DNA from: Candidatus Zixiibacteriota bacterium | GTDB lineage: Bacteria; Zixibacteria; MSB-5A5; UBA10806 | Length of the DNA: 41,411 bases | Reading direction: 5' to 3' | Assembly: GCA_020348065.1 (NCBI GenBank) | Contig: CP070742.1 | Coordinates: forward strand, 2,229,907 to 2,271,317 | Shown here: piece by piece, positions 10,528-19,293 of the stretch | Numbering within the stretch: position 1 is the stretch's first letter | How the letters are laid out: the number at the start of each line of letters is the position of its first letter | The notes under the pieces: generated by a model | Database searches by the model: none | Told to the model about the DNA's origin: nothing | Seen by the model: the letters and a program-made list of their open reading frames with translations, nothing else | Translations under genes and position numbers: made by a program

Positions 10528-10612
10528 TCCGCCAGGTTAAAGCGCATTTTCAAAAAAAATATAATAATACAATCCGGCTTCATATTCAAGTGGTTGAATC
10601 GATTTATCGCTG

Positions 10613-11893
10613 TTGCCAAAAGCGATCCGGCCAAATATCTTTACAGCCATGTATCGACCATCCCGGAACTTCAAACACAATTACACTTTTGGTATTTTAA
10701 ACGGTACGTTTTTCATGGCGGCTTTGGCCTTCGTGGCCGGATCGACGGTTTTGCCTGTTTTCATCTCAAAACTTACCGACTCCAGAACTCTGATCGGAAT
10801 AATATCGCATGTGGAGTTGTTTGGCTGGATGTTTCCACAGCTTTTTGCGGCGGTTTTCCTGGCCCACAGGAGGAAGGCTCTTGGATTTTATAATAGCTTA
10901 TCCGTCTTAAGATTAACTCTATTCGCTTCAGCCATAGCATCAATCTTCATATTCAAGGATAATTACGGTGCGATTCTACTTGTTTTTGGCGTGGGGTTTA
11001 CAATCTTTTCACTTTCTTCGGGCTTTGCGGGAGTAGCGTTTATGGAGGTGGTTGGCAAGACCATCCCGACAGTCCGGCGGGGCGGCTTTTTCGGATGGCG
11101 GATGTTTTCGGGAGGGCTCCTGGCGGCGTTAGGCGGCCTGGTCATTAAAAAGATTATGGCGACTTACCGGTTTCCATACGATTTCGGATATACCTGTATA
11201 ATCGCGTGGAGTTTGATGTTTTTCGGGCTCTTATGTTTCGCCTTGTTAAAGGAACCCGAGAATATCGATCCTCTCGAAAAAGCCTCGCCTAAAAGGCATC
11301 TTAAAACCGCGGTGGAAATATTCAAAGATAATGCAAATCTGAGGAAATTGATTTTTTCCAAGGCCTGGTTTAACACCGCTTTGATGGCGGCGCCGTTTTA
11401 CGTAATATTCGCCATTGAATTTCTGGGGGCCGCGGAATGGATGGCGGGGATATACCTGACGGTACAAATGATCGGGTACCTGAGTTCGAATTTGCTGTGG
11501 GGATGGCTTTCCAACCGCGCTTCCAACAGGCTCGTTATTCTGCTTTCCGGCTTTTTCAGGATTTTATCGCCTTTGATAGCTTTTGCCGGATATTTTATTA
11601 CAATCGATCCTTATGTATTTTCCGGCGTATTTCTTTTTCTGGGGATGGCCGAGGCCGGGATCGATATGGGGTATATGAACTATATGCTGGAAATATCTCC
11701 GGATAAGGGTCGGCCTCTTTATATAGGACTTGTCCACACTCTAATAGCTCCGACGATTCTTTTTGCCGGACTGGGCGGCTGGCTGAGCGAAATAATAACG
11801 TTGAAATGGCTTTTCGCCGCCGTGTTTGTGACCGTAGGAATAGCGCTTTTTATATCGTCTAAGTTGAAGGAACCTCGTTCCCCAACCGCCTGA
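10613..11893 (+). CDS. MFS-type transporter (12 predicted TM segments)
   Basis: 426 aa, uniformly hydrophobic with short charged loops (RRKALG, VRRGGFFGWR). An alternative upstream start at 10594 is in another frame and was rejected. Confidence 0.75.
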   Translation: MPKAIRPNIFTAMYRPSRNFKHNYTFGILNGTFFMAALAFVAGSTVLPVFISKLTDSRTLIGIISHVELFGWMFPQLFAAVFLAHRRKALGFYNSLSVLRLTLFASAIASIFIFKDNYGAILLVFGVGFTIFSLSSGFAGVAFMEVVGKTIPTVRRGGFFGWRMFSGGLLAALGGLVIKKIMATYRFPYDFGYTCIIAWSLMFFGLLCFALLKEPENIDPLEKASPKRHLKTAVEIFKDNANLRKLIFSKAWFNTALMAAPFYVIFAIEFLGAAEWMAGIYLTVQMIGYLSSNLLWGWLSNRASNRLVILLSGFFRILSPLIAFAGYFITIDPYVFSGVFLFLGMAEAGIDMGYMNYMLEISPDKGRPLYIGLVHTLIAPTILFAGLGGWLSEIITLKWLFAAVFVTVGIALFISSKLKEPRSPTA

Positions 11894-12659
11894 CGAAAAT
11901 ATCGGAAGCGATATCGGAGTCTATGGCAACTTCGGTTGATCCCAGCTTTAACAAATATGAGGGTTTTTTTTGAAGAAGAGTTATATGCCCTCCGGGTACA
12001 AGGCCTAAATTTGCAAGCCGTCCGAACCTGTGATGATGAGGGGTGGTAATAAACGCGATTCTGGCATCACTGGAAACGGGCAACTCCGTCAGGGGCAAAA
12101 CAATAGGTTTCAATTTCCTGCGGGAAGCCCGGCAGCAGCTGCCGGGTGGAATTCTTTTGCCGTGAGGGCAGGTCGGAGGATGTCCCAGAAAAGTGCATAC
12201 CGATTCGGTCACGGAGACGTCAAGAATATGCTCGAATGAACAACTGGTGGAGTTTAGTCCCGATCCTCTCAAATCCAGGATCTCCGAAAATAATCGCTCC
12301 GCCAGCCGATGATTTCTAACGAGAATTTCGGCTATTTCTCTGCCTTTATCGGTCAAGGCAAGCCTGCCATTTTCGCTCCTTATAAGTCCCGTAATTATCA
12401 ATGAATCGATTTCCCGAGGTTCGAGAGGATTGGTGAGGTTTAAGGCCGATTCCTCTATAGGAAGATTACCGTCCTCTCCCGCTTTGTAGAGGGCTTCCAG
12501 GAATTCGTCTCGCAGATGACCTTTATGATCTTCCAACTGCTTTCTCTTTTCTGAATAAGTACATAAGTTTATTGACCAGGGGTGTGGATTCGATCCAGCC
12601 GTAATGACAATTGGGGCAGCAGATTCTTTCACAGTCAGATCCCACCGGACAGCCTCCAC
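11859..12659 (-). CDS. DtxR/IdeR/MntR-family metal-dependent transcriptional regulator with a C-terminal SH3-like (FeoA-like) domain
   Basis: HTH region HLRDEFLEALYKAGEDGNLPIEESALNLTNP, dimerisation and metal-site region HRLAERLFSEILD...FEH, and a C-terminal FeoA-like LANLGLVPGGHITLLQKKPSYLLKLGSTEVAIDSDIASDIFV. The annotated GTG start overlaps the small Cys-rich ORF, so the true start may be further downstream. Confidence 0.75.
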   Translation of the reverse strand: MEAVRWDLTVKESAAPIVITAGSNPHPWSINLCTYSEKRKQLEDHKGHLRDEFLEALYKAGEDGNLPIEESALNLTNPLEPREIDSLIITGLIRSENGRLALTDKGREIAEILVRNHRLAERLFSEILDLRGSGLNSTSCSFEHILDVSVTESVCTFLGHPPTCPHGKRIPPGSCCRASRRKLKPIVLPLTELPVSSDARIAFITTPHHHRFGRLANLGLVPGGHITLLQKKPSYLLKLGSTEVAIDSDIASDIFVRRLGNEVPST

Positions 12660-12717
12660 AGGTCTGGCTAAGAGAGGAGTCGAAACGATAACCGCAGACG
12701 GGGCATTTCGCTACCAT
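12523..12717 (-). CDS. small Cys-rich zinc-ribbon protein whose start overlaps the end of feoB
   Basis: MVAKCPVCGYRF...CGGCPVGSDCERICCPNCHYGW contains 8 Cys in 40 residues as paired CxxC motifs. Its ATG lies 7 nt inside the feoB 3' end, which suggests translational coupling. Confidence 0.4.
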   Translation of the reverse strand: MVAKCPVCGYRFDSSLSQTCGGCPVGSDCERICCPNCHYGWIESTPLVNKLMYLFRKEKAVGRS

Positions 12718-14690
12718 AACGCAAATCCTCTTAAGGCCAGGTTCAGGATACCGCCGACGGTTATGGCGAAAGGAACGATCAACGATACCATCAAAAGCGC
12801 CGTCTTCAAGCCTCTTTCCTTAATAATAATAAAAAAATTGGCGATGCATGGCACAAATAAGGTTATGGTGGTCATAGCGACTATCGCCCCGACCGGATCG
12901 AGTATGCCGTTATCGAACATGTTCTTAAAGCCGGCCGCGCCGTAATCCCGTCTTAAAAATCCCAGGATGAAAGCCTCGGCGGATTTTTCAGGTAATCCCA
13001 AAATTCCTGCAGATATGGGAGCAAATAATTTCATGATGAGTTGCAGGACTTTAATTTTATCCAGCACAAACAAAACCAGGGTCCCCAGAATAAACAGCGG
13101 TACAGCTTCCTTAAGATACCATTCCAGTCTCATCAGGGTCTTAACTACGATATTTTCGATTCTGGGAAGTCTTAAGGGGGGTATTTCGAGAATGAATTCC
13201 GACGATCTTCCCGGAATGACTTTAGAGGCCAGATATCCGACCAGGAAAATAACGGCCACAATAACCATCATCCAGATCAATACCGCCGACAACGAGATTG
13301 AAGCCAGAATGCCGAGGGTAACTCCCAGCTGAGCGGAACAGGGCACCGCCAGTGCCAGGAGCAAAGTAACCAGTATTTTTTCCTTTCTGGAATACAGTAT
13401 CCTGGCGGTCAATACGGCCATGGTATCGCATCCCAAGCCGAGAATCATGGGCAAAACGGCGCGGCCATTCAAGCCTATCTTTTTAAAAATTCTGTCGACC
13501 ATAAACGCAAGCCTGGGAAGATATCCCGAATCTTCCAACACGCCAAACACAAGAAAAAACGCGGTAACAATCGGCAGTATCAATGCTAATGCGTAAGTAA
13601 CCGCCATGGTTATAATGCCGAATTCCCCGACAAAAAGATCGCGGATAAACTGAACTGGAATCAGGTTAAAAACCCGTTCAAAAAACGGATTTATTATTCC
13701 TCTAAAAAGATTTTCCTCCAGAACTCCAACAAGCGTCTGGGCACCGAAAACTCCCACGAAATAATATATTCCGATCAGGATTGTTATGAGAATCGGTATG
13801 CCATAATACGGGTGAAGAGAGAGTTGCCCTATGATCTGAAAAGCCTTTTGGCCGGTGGTTTTTTTGGCCTCAACGATTTGATCTACAATCGATTGTATCG
13901 AATCGTTTCTGCGTTTGGCGATAATAAATCCCAGCGGTTCCGCGATCGCGGACTCGAGACGCATTTTGACCTGTTTGATTCTATTAAGATCAAGTTCTGT
14001 GAGTTGTTTGCCGATTCCCGATGGAAGCCCGTTATCTCCACTCAAAAAGCTCAGAGAAATTCCCCTGGCGCCATGATAGATATCCCCGAGTTTGTCTTCA
14101 ATTTCGTTTACGGCGGTTAATATTTCGCCATTGTAATCGACGGGAATACTCGGAACGGCCGCTTCATGCAACGCTTCTTTCAGTCGTTCGATGCCCCGCC
14201 TTTGAGTCGCCACGGTGGAAACAACCGGGATACCGAGAATTTCCGCAAGTCTGTCGTTATCGATATTGATTCCGGTGAGTTTAGCCTCGTCCGCCATATT
14301 TAGCGCCAAGATAACTTTTCTGCCGAACTCGGCCAGTTGTGAAAGCAGGACAAGACCGCGTTTGAGATTTTTGGAATCGGCGACACAGATAATCCTGGAA
14401 TCCGGATTTAACAGAAGCAGGTCCCTGGTGACAATTTCATCCTCGGATACCGGGGAAAGAGAATCGGCGCCCGGGGAGTCGAACAGCCTTATTTTCTCCC
14501 CTTTTAATTTTATCCACCCGGCCGCGTAGTCGACGGTTGTGCCAGGGTAATTAGATACCTCTACGTATCGCCCGGATAAGGCCCCGAACAGCGCCGATTT
14601 TCCCACATTGGGATTGCCGATCAGAATAACGGGCGCTATATTTGTTGCTCGTTCCTTCGCTTCGGCTAATATTTTATCGCCCGAAGACAT
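12711..14690 (-). CDS. feoB: ferrous iron transporter FeoB (G-protein domain plus permease)
   Basis: G1 to G4 motifs ILIGNPNVGKSALF, NYPGTTV and DSPG. Long polytopic C-terminal domain. The preferred start is the ATG (MSSGDK) 9 nt downstream of the TTG chosen by the ORF track. Confidence 0.9.
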   Translation of the reverse strand: MSSGDKILAEAKERATNIAPVILIGNPNVGKSALFGALSGRYVEVSNYPGTTVDYAAGWIKLKGEKIRLFDSPGADSLSPVSEDEIVTRDLLLLNPDSRIICVADSKNLKRGLVLLSQLAEFGRKVILALNMADEAKLTGINIDNDRLAEILGIPVVSTVATQRRGIERLKEALHEAAVPSIPVDYNGEILTAVNEIEDKLGDIYHGARGISLSFLSGDNGLPSGIGKQLTELDLNRIKQVKMRLESAIAEPLGFIIAKRRNDSIQSIVDQIVEAKKTTGQKAFQIIGQLSLHPYYGIPILITILIGIYYFVGVFGAQTLVGVLEENLFRGIINPFFERVFNLIPVQFIRDLFVGEFGIITMAVTYALALILPIVTAFFLVFGVLEDSGYLPRLAFMVDRIFKKIGLNGRAVLPMILGLGCDTMAVLTARILYSRKEKILVTLLLALAVPCSAQLGVTLGILASISLSAVLIWMMVIVAVIFLVGYLASKVIPGRSSEFILEIPPLRLPRIENIVVKTLMRLEWYLKEAVPLFILGTLVLFVLDKIKVLQLIMKLFAPISAGILGLPEKSAEAFILGFLRRDYGAAGFKNMFDNGILDPVGAIVAMTTITLFVPCIANFFIIIKERGLKTALLMVSLIVPFAITVGGILNLALRGFALW

Positions 14691-14697
14691 AAAACTC

Positions 14698-14721
14698 AAT
14701 GATATTGAAAATCATTATCAT
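14698..14721. promoter_or_regulatory. Fur box immediately upstream of feoB
   Basis: GATATTGAAAATCATTATC matches the 19-bp Fur consensus GATAATGATAATCATTATC at 17 of 19 positions. It lies 8 to 30 nt upstream of the feoB start codon. Confidence 0.6.
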
Positions 14722-14739
14722 ACTACCATCAAAAAATTT

Positions 14740-15165
14740 TTACCTGCATTTCTTACACAAGCCGTAAATCTTGAAACGGAAACGCTCGATTTTGAAACCG
14801 TGTCTTGACGCGATCCTTGCAATCGTTTTCTCCACCGAGCCCAAGGTGAATTCCTCGGCCTTCCCGCAATTAGCGCAGATCAGGTGTCCGTGCTGGCTTC
14901 TGTCAATCGCTCTTTCGAAACGCGCTCTGCCGTCTCCAAAATTCACTTCTTTCGCCAGGCCGCACTCGGTAAAAAGTTTCAGTGTCCTATATACGGTAGA
15001 AAAGCCGATTTTTGGATTTTGCTCCCTCACCATGGCGTGAAGTTCATCGGCCGAGAGATGTCGTTTGGCGGCCAAAAATTTATCGAGGATGAAAAAGCGC
15101 TGGTAGGTCTGCTTCAATCCTTTTTGTTTCAAATAGTCGGCGAGTATCCGGTGTTCTTTTTTCAT
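14740..15165 (-). CDS. fur: Fur-family metalloregulator (Fur/PerR/Zur type)
   Basis: Winged-helix FSTVYRTLKLFTECGLAKE, metal-site motifs HGHLICANCGKAEEF and ...YGLCKKC. Start placed at the internal Met (MKKEHRIL). The ORF track extends it to 15189. Confidence 0.82.
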   Translation of the reverse strand: MKKEHRILADYLKQKGLKQTYQRFFILDKFLAAKRHLSADELHAMVREQNPKIGFSTVYRTLKLFTECGLAKEVNFGDGRARFERAIDRSQHGHLICANCGKAEEFTLGSVEKTIARIASRHGFKIERFRFKIYGLCKKCR

Positions 15166-15189
15166 CTTTTTTCCTTCTCTTCTTTCCAA

Positions 15190-15207
15190 TCACTATCATG
15201 ATAGTGA
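15190..15207. promoter_or_regulatory. perfect 18-bp palindrome (candidate operator) upstream of the fur-family gene
   Basis: TCACTATCA|TGATAGTGA is a perfect 9/9 inverted repeat located 25 to 40 nt upstream of the preferred fur start. Confidence 0.4.
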
Positions 15208-15305
15208 TACTCAAAATCAATGTAGGCCAGTTATAAGATCTTGTCAAGACTTTTTGTGTAAAATTTCACAAATTTAAATTTATTTACAATATGAGCTTAT
15301 CCTGC

Positions 15306-16760
15306 TTATTCCATTCTCCTGTAATTCGGGGCTTCGGTTATGATTTTAACGTCATGGGGGTGGCTTTCCCGCAATCCGGCTCCTGTAATTCTCACAAATT
15401 TCGCGGTTTTTTTGAGAGTCGCGATATCTTTCGCTCCGGAAATACCCATACCGGCTTTCAGGCCTCCCACGAACTGATAGATGGTATCCGCCAGAACTCC
15501 CTTATAAGGAACCCTGCCCACGACGCCTTCAGGGACCATTTTACCGGAATCGTTTTCCTGGAAATACCTGTCGGCGCTACCCTGTCTCATAGCTTCAATG
15601 GAACCCATGCCTCTGTAGACCTTATAGGATCTTCCTTCAGAGAGGACTGTCTCTCCGGGGGATTCCTCGGTACCGGCAAACAGGGAGCCGATCATTACCG
15701 AATCCGCACCGGCAGCGATAGCCTTGGTAATATCGCCGGAGTATTTTATACCGCCATCGGCTATCAGAGGGATATTCGATTTCTGGCATGCTTTCGCGCA
15801 ATCGACGATTGCAGTAATCTGCGGCATACCCGCCCCGGTTACTACGCGGGTCGTACATATGGAGCCCGGCCCGATTCCGACCTTTACGGCGCAAACGCCG
15901 GCGGAGATAAGATCGGCGGCGCCGTCATAGGTGGCCACGTTTCCCCCGATGATTTCGATTACGGGATATTCGCTTTTAATTTTCTCAATGGCGTTAATAA
16001 CACCTTCGGAATGACCATGGGATGAATCAACTGCTATAACATCCACTCCGTTTTTCACCAGTTCGGACACTCTTTCCGAAATATCGCCGGTCACCCCGAC
16101 CGCCGCGCCCACCCGGAGCCGCCCCCTATCATCCTGAGATGAATTCGGATACTGTATCCTTTTCATGATGTCCTTAACGGTAATCATACCCTTCAGATTT
16201 CCGCCGGAATCGACAATCAGGAGTTTTTCTATCCGGTGTTTATGAAGCAGTCCCTTGGCTTCTTCCATATCGGTCCCCTCAGGCACCGTGATAAGGTTTT
16301 CCCTGGTCATAACCCGGTCGATCTGCACGGAGGGGTCGCGATGGAACCTGAGGTCACGATTTGTCAGGATTCCCAATAACTTCCCGTTTCTGGTGATGGG
16401 TATTCCGGAGATTGAAAATTTCTCCATGGTTTCCCACGCCTGCTGAACGGTAGCGTCGGGCGGGAGAGTTACCGGGTTAACGATCATACCCGATTCCGAA
16501 CGTTTGACTTTATCGACCTCGGATGCCTGATCGGCTATGGACATATTTTTATGAATGATCCCGATACCGCCCTGCCTCGCTATGGAGATAGCGAGAGCGG
16601 ACTCGGTTACGGTATCCATGGCGGCTGAAACCACCGGTATATTCAGCATGATGTTCCGGGTTAATCTGGTTTTGACATCAACCTGCGAGGGCAGCACCGA
16701 GGATTTGGCGGGAATCAATAAAACATCATCAAAAGTCAATGCTTCTTTCAAGGATTCCAT
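15306..16760 (-). CDS. guaB: inosine-5'-monophosphate dehydrogenase
   Basis: N-terminal [14 protein letters not shown], tandem CBS domains, the catalytic loop [11 protein letters not shown] and [17 protein letters not shown]. Confidence 0.95.
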   Translation of the reverse strand: MESLKEALTFDDVLLIPAKSSVLPSQVDVKTRLTRNIMLNIPVVSAAMDTVTESALAISIARQGGIGIIHKNMSIADQASEVDKVKRSESGMIVNPVTLPPDATVQQAWETMEKFSISGIPITRNGKLLGILTNRDLRFHRDPSVQIDRVMTRENLITVPEGTDMEEAKGLLHKHRIEKLLIVDSGGNLKGMITVKDIMKRIQYPNSSQDDRGRLRVGAAVGVTGDISERVSELVKNGVDVIAVDSSHGHSEGVINAIEKIKSEYPVIEIIGGNVATYDGAADLISAGVCAVKVGIGPGSICTTRVVTGAGMPQITAIVDCAKACQKSNIPLIADGGIKYSGDITKAIAAGADSVMIGSLFAGTEESPGETVLSEGRSYKVYRGMGSIEAMRQGSADRYFQENDSGKMVPEGVVGRVPYKGVLADTIYQFVGGLKAGMGISGAKDIATLKKTAKFVRITGAGLRESHPHDVKIITEAPNYRRME

Positions 16761-16833
16761 TGAATCTCCTTTAAATATATTTAAAATAAACCGATTGCGA
16801 CCAGGGAGAAATGGCTCGACAATCGATTTAAGG

Positions 16834-17553
16834 TTATTCTGCGCCGTTTTCGTCAGCCCAGATCAATATCCTGCCGCAGCTGTCACAGGAAAATATTCGG
16901 TCTCCTCTTCTAATTTCCTGAATTCTCTGAGGTGGAATTTGCTTGAAACAGCCGCCGCAGGCTCTTTTCCTTATGGTAACAACCACCAATCCCCCCTTGC
17001 CTTTTCTCACCCGCTCATAAATGCCGACCACCTGTCTTTTTATATTCTTAATCAGCTGGCTACGTTTTTCCATCCTGTCATTGATTTTTGCCTGCAGCGA
17101 AGACGATTGTTCATTCAGGTTTTTTAGCTGTTCCTTGTTACCCTCCTTAACTTCATCAAGATTGGACGATAACTCTTTACTCTTCTCCTGACACTCGTCG
17201 ATAGTAGACATCAAAGTTAAAACACGTTCTTCTTTCTCGGCTATATCAAGTTTTTTGGCGTCTATCTCAGCGGTAAGGGCGTCATATTCTTTATTGGTTT
17301 TAATAACTCTCATCTGGCGCTGATAAATTTCGAGCTGCTGTTTATCCGTTTCTATTTCAAGTTCGAGCGCTTTCTGTTCCTTTAGACTATTCTGGAGGGT
17401 GGCTTTACTTTCCTCAATTTCCTTTTCCAGGCCGGAGATTTCGGTCTCCAGTTTCTGGATCATTTCCGGCAGGTAGATTTTGGAGCGTTCCAGTTCGCCC
17501 AGTTCATCGTCAATTTCCTGTAAATCCAGAAGTAACTCCAAATCACGCTGCAA
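16834..17553 (-). CDS. coiled-coil protein with a C-terminal C4 zinc ribbon (COG1579-like, putative nucleic-acid binding)
   Basis: About 200 aa of heptad-rich E/K/Q sequence followed by [11 protein letters not shown]...[13 protein letters not shown] start. Confidence 0.65.
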   Translation of the reverse strand: MQRDLELLLDLQEIDDELGELERSKIYLPEMIQKLETEISGLEKEIEESKATLQNSLKEQKALELEIETDKQQLEIYQRQMRVIKTNKEYDALTAEIDAKKLDIAEKEERVLTLMSTIDECQEKSKELSSNLDEVKEGNKEQLKNLNEQSSSLQAKINDRMEKRSQLIKNIKRQVVGIYERVRKGKGGLVVVTIRKRACGGCFKQIPPQRIQEIRRGDRIFSCDSCGRILIWADENGAE

Positions 17554-17718
17554 TTTTACCTCCCGTTATAAAACAAAAAAGCGCCGTAATACGACGCATC
17601 CATATCTTTTCCGACCCGGCCCCATAACCGGCGTTTTTCAACGAAAGGTTATGGGATTTCGGATTAAACCCGAATATTTGGTTTCTTCGTTTTCCTCGAA
17701 CCATATTCTCTTTTCAAA

Positions 17719-17795
17719 TGGTGGGCAATACTGGACTCGAACCAGTGACCTCTCGGATGTGAACCGAACGCTCTAACCAACTGAGCTAATTGCCC
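17719..17795 (-). tRNA. tRNA-Val (anticodon CAC), 77 nt with encoded CCA
   Basis: The reverse complement folds as a cloverleaf: acceptor GGGCAAT/ATTGCCC, D-arm GCTC-AGTTGGTTA-GAGC, anticodon stem TTCGG/CCGAG with loop TTCACAT, T-arm ACTGG-TTCGAGT-CCAGT, discriminator A and CCA. Confidence 0.88.
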
Positions 17796-18143
17796 ACAAA
17801 GACAATGTCAGACACCCTATTGCAATTTTACTCCTGAACGGGCTGTATCTTTATTAACTCGGTTTGGTTTTTGCTCGAATCGGTCAACTGGTTTCCTCAA
17901 TTCTCCCGTTCAAGAGGAAATCCTCTACAAGCTTATAAATATATTCCCCCATACGGCCGATGTCAAGAACGTTATTCCGATTATTTAGAAATTCTGGAAC
18001 CAAATTATGCATTCATCCGTTTAAATCGAAACAATAAACCTTAATTGGAAACGCGATTTTGGGAGTTTAACCTTTAGCCGAAAAATGGAGCCGCGCTCAA
18101 AGATGATACTTGACAATTCTTTGATCTGCAATATCTTAGAGCC

Positions 18144-18713
18144 ATGAAAATTATAAGAGACGCATTTTTAATTGTTGTATTGACCGCGATTTTCGCCCTT
18201 CTGATCAACGCCTTACGAAACGCTACGGGGCTGAAGGGGCTCGCCATGGATACGCCCTGGCCTGATAACCGCCAGAAAGCAGAACTGGAAATACCTCCAT
18301 CATATTCCGAAGGCGATTCTCTGATTTCACTGGAACAGGCGTACGGCATGTTCCTCCAGGGTAATATTATTTTTATCGATACCCGCGAGCAAGAGGAATA
18401 CGATGAGGGCCATATCGCAGGGGCGCTCAACCTGCCCTTCGAGTTCTGGGACGATTACTGGGAATACGTGGAACCGGAACTCGATCCGGAGATAGAGATA
18501 ATCGCCTATTGCGAAGGATTCGACTGCGAGTTGTCGCTTTTCGCGGCCAGAGAGTTGAAAAGCCTGGGATACGAAAAATCGTATACCTTCTTTGGCGGCT
18601 GGCAGAAATGGGTCGACGCCGGATTGCCGGTCGAGGAAACCGTTTACGATGACGAAGGCGATTATGAGGAATACTATGAAGATGAAGGTCAGGATGACGA
18701 GGAAGAGGAGTAA
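18144..18713 (+). CDS. membrane-anchored rhodanese-domain sulfurtransferase with a poly-acidic C-terminal tail
   Basis: N-terminal TM helix. Rhodanese fold motifs IDTREQEEYDEGHIAGALNLP and active-site loop AYCEGFDCE. Tail DDEGDYEEYYEDEGQDDEEEE. Confidence 0.75.
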   Translation: MKIIRDAFLIVVLTAIFALLINALRNATGLKGLAMDTPWPDNRQKAELEIPPSYSEGDSLISLEQAYGMFLQGNIIFIDTREQEEYDEGHIAGALNLPFEFWDDYWEYVEPELDPEIEIIAYCEGFDCELSLFAARELKSLGYEKSYTFFGGWQKWVDAGLPVEETVYDDEGDYEEYYEDEGQDDEEEE

Positions 18714-19141
18714 TGGTCAAGACCTTCCTTGAAAAAAAGCAGATTCTGCTTATCTCCCGTATAGTCCTGGGCGGATTGTTCATTTATTCCAGTATCGATA
18801 AAATCATCGACCCGTTGGCTTTCGCGACAATTATTCATCATTACCGGTTAGCCCCGCCGAATATGATCAATTTTGCCGCCGTGGTTATCCCCTGGATCGA
18901 ACTTATAGCCGGCGTATTTTTGATTTTCGGTATCAGATTAAAAGCTTCGGCTTTGACTATAAATCTTATGCTGGTGTTTTTTACGGTTGTCCTGGCGATA
19001 ACCGCTTTTCGCGGAATTAACGTGGCCTGCGGATGTTTCAGCACCTCCACGGCGGTGAAATCGAACCTAGTGATAAGGATTATCGAGGATTTTGGTATGC
19101 TGGCGCTGGGACTGCACGTGATGTTTTTTAGCAAGAAATAA
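18713..19141 (+). CDS. DoxX/MauE-family membrane protein
   Basis: Four hydrophobic helices, 142 aa. The start overlaps the rhodanese stop (ATGG/TAATGG arrangement). Confidence 0.65.
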   Translation: MVKTFLEKKQILLISRIVLGGLFIYSSIDKIIDPLAFATIIHHYRLAPPNMINFAAVVIPWIELIAGVFLIFGIRLKASALTINLMLVFFTVVLAITAFRGINVACGCFSTSTAVKSNLVIRIIEDFGMLALGLHVMFFSKK

Positions 19142-19293
19142 TCTAGCTTTTATTTATCTATATAAGAGTATCTCTGGTTGCCAAGCGCCGCCTGGCAATC
19201 AAATCGTTCAGGGAATCGCGGTTCCCGAAACACAATGGCGTAAAGCGGTCGGCGGACGGCCTCGTAGACCGACATAATGTGGCGCACCGGGAG

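Noticed and set aside
10594-10893. Alternative upstream start for the MFS transporter
   Set aside because: It is in a different reading frame from the long hydrophobic ORF. The 10613 frame carries the transporter.
15291-16025. 244-aa plus-strand ORF (plus 16555-17127)
   Set aside because: It is antisense to guaB, which has unmistakable IMPDH motifs.
17619-17660. Hairpin as an intrinsic terminator for tRNA-Val or the zinc-ribbon gene
   Set aside because: There is no U-tract on either strand after the 9-bp stem. It is kept only as an unexplained structure.
19142-19293. Search for the missing C-terminal part of the IDH gene in other frames
   Set aside because: Translations of all three minus-strand frames lack IDH C-terminal motifs. 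Only local hairpins are present.
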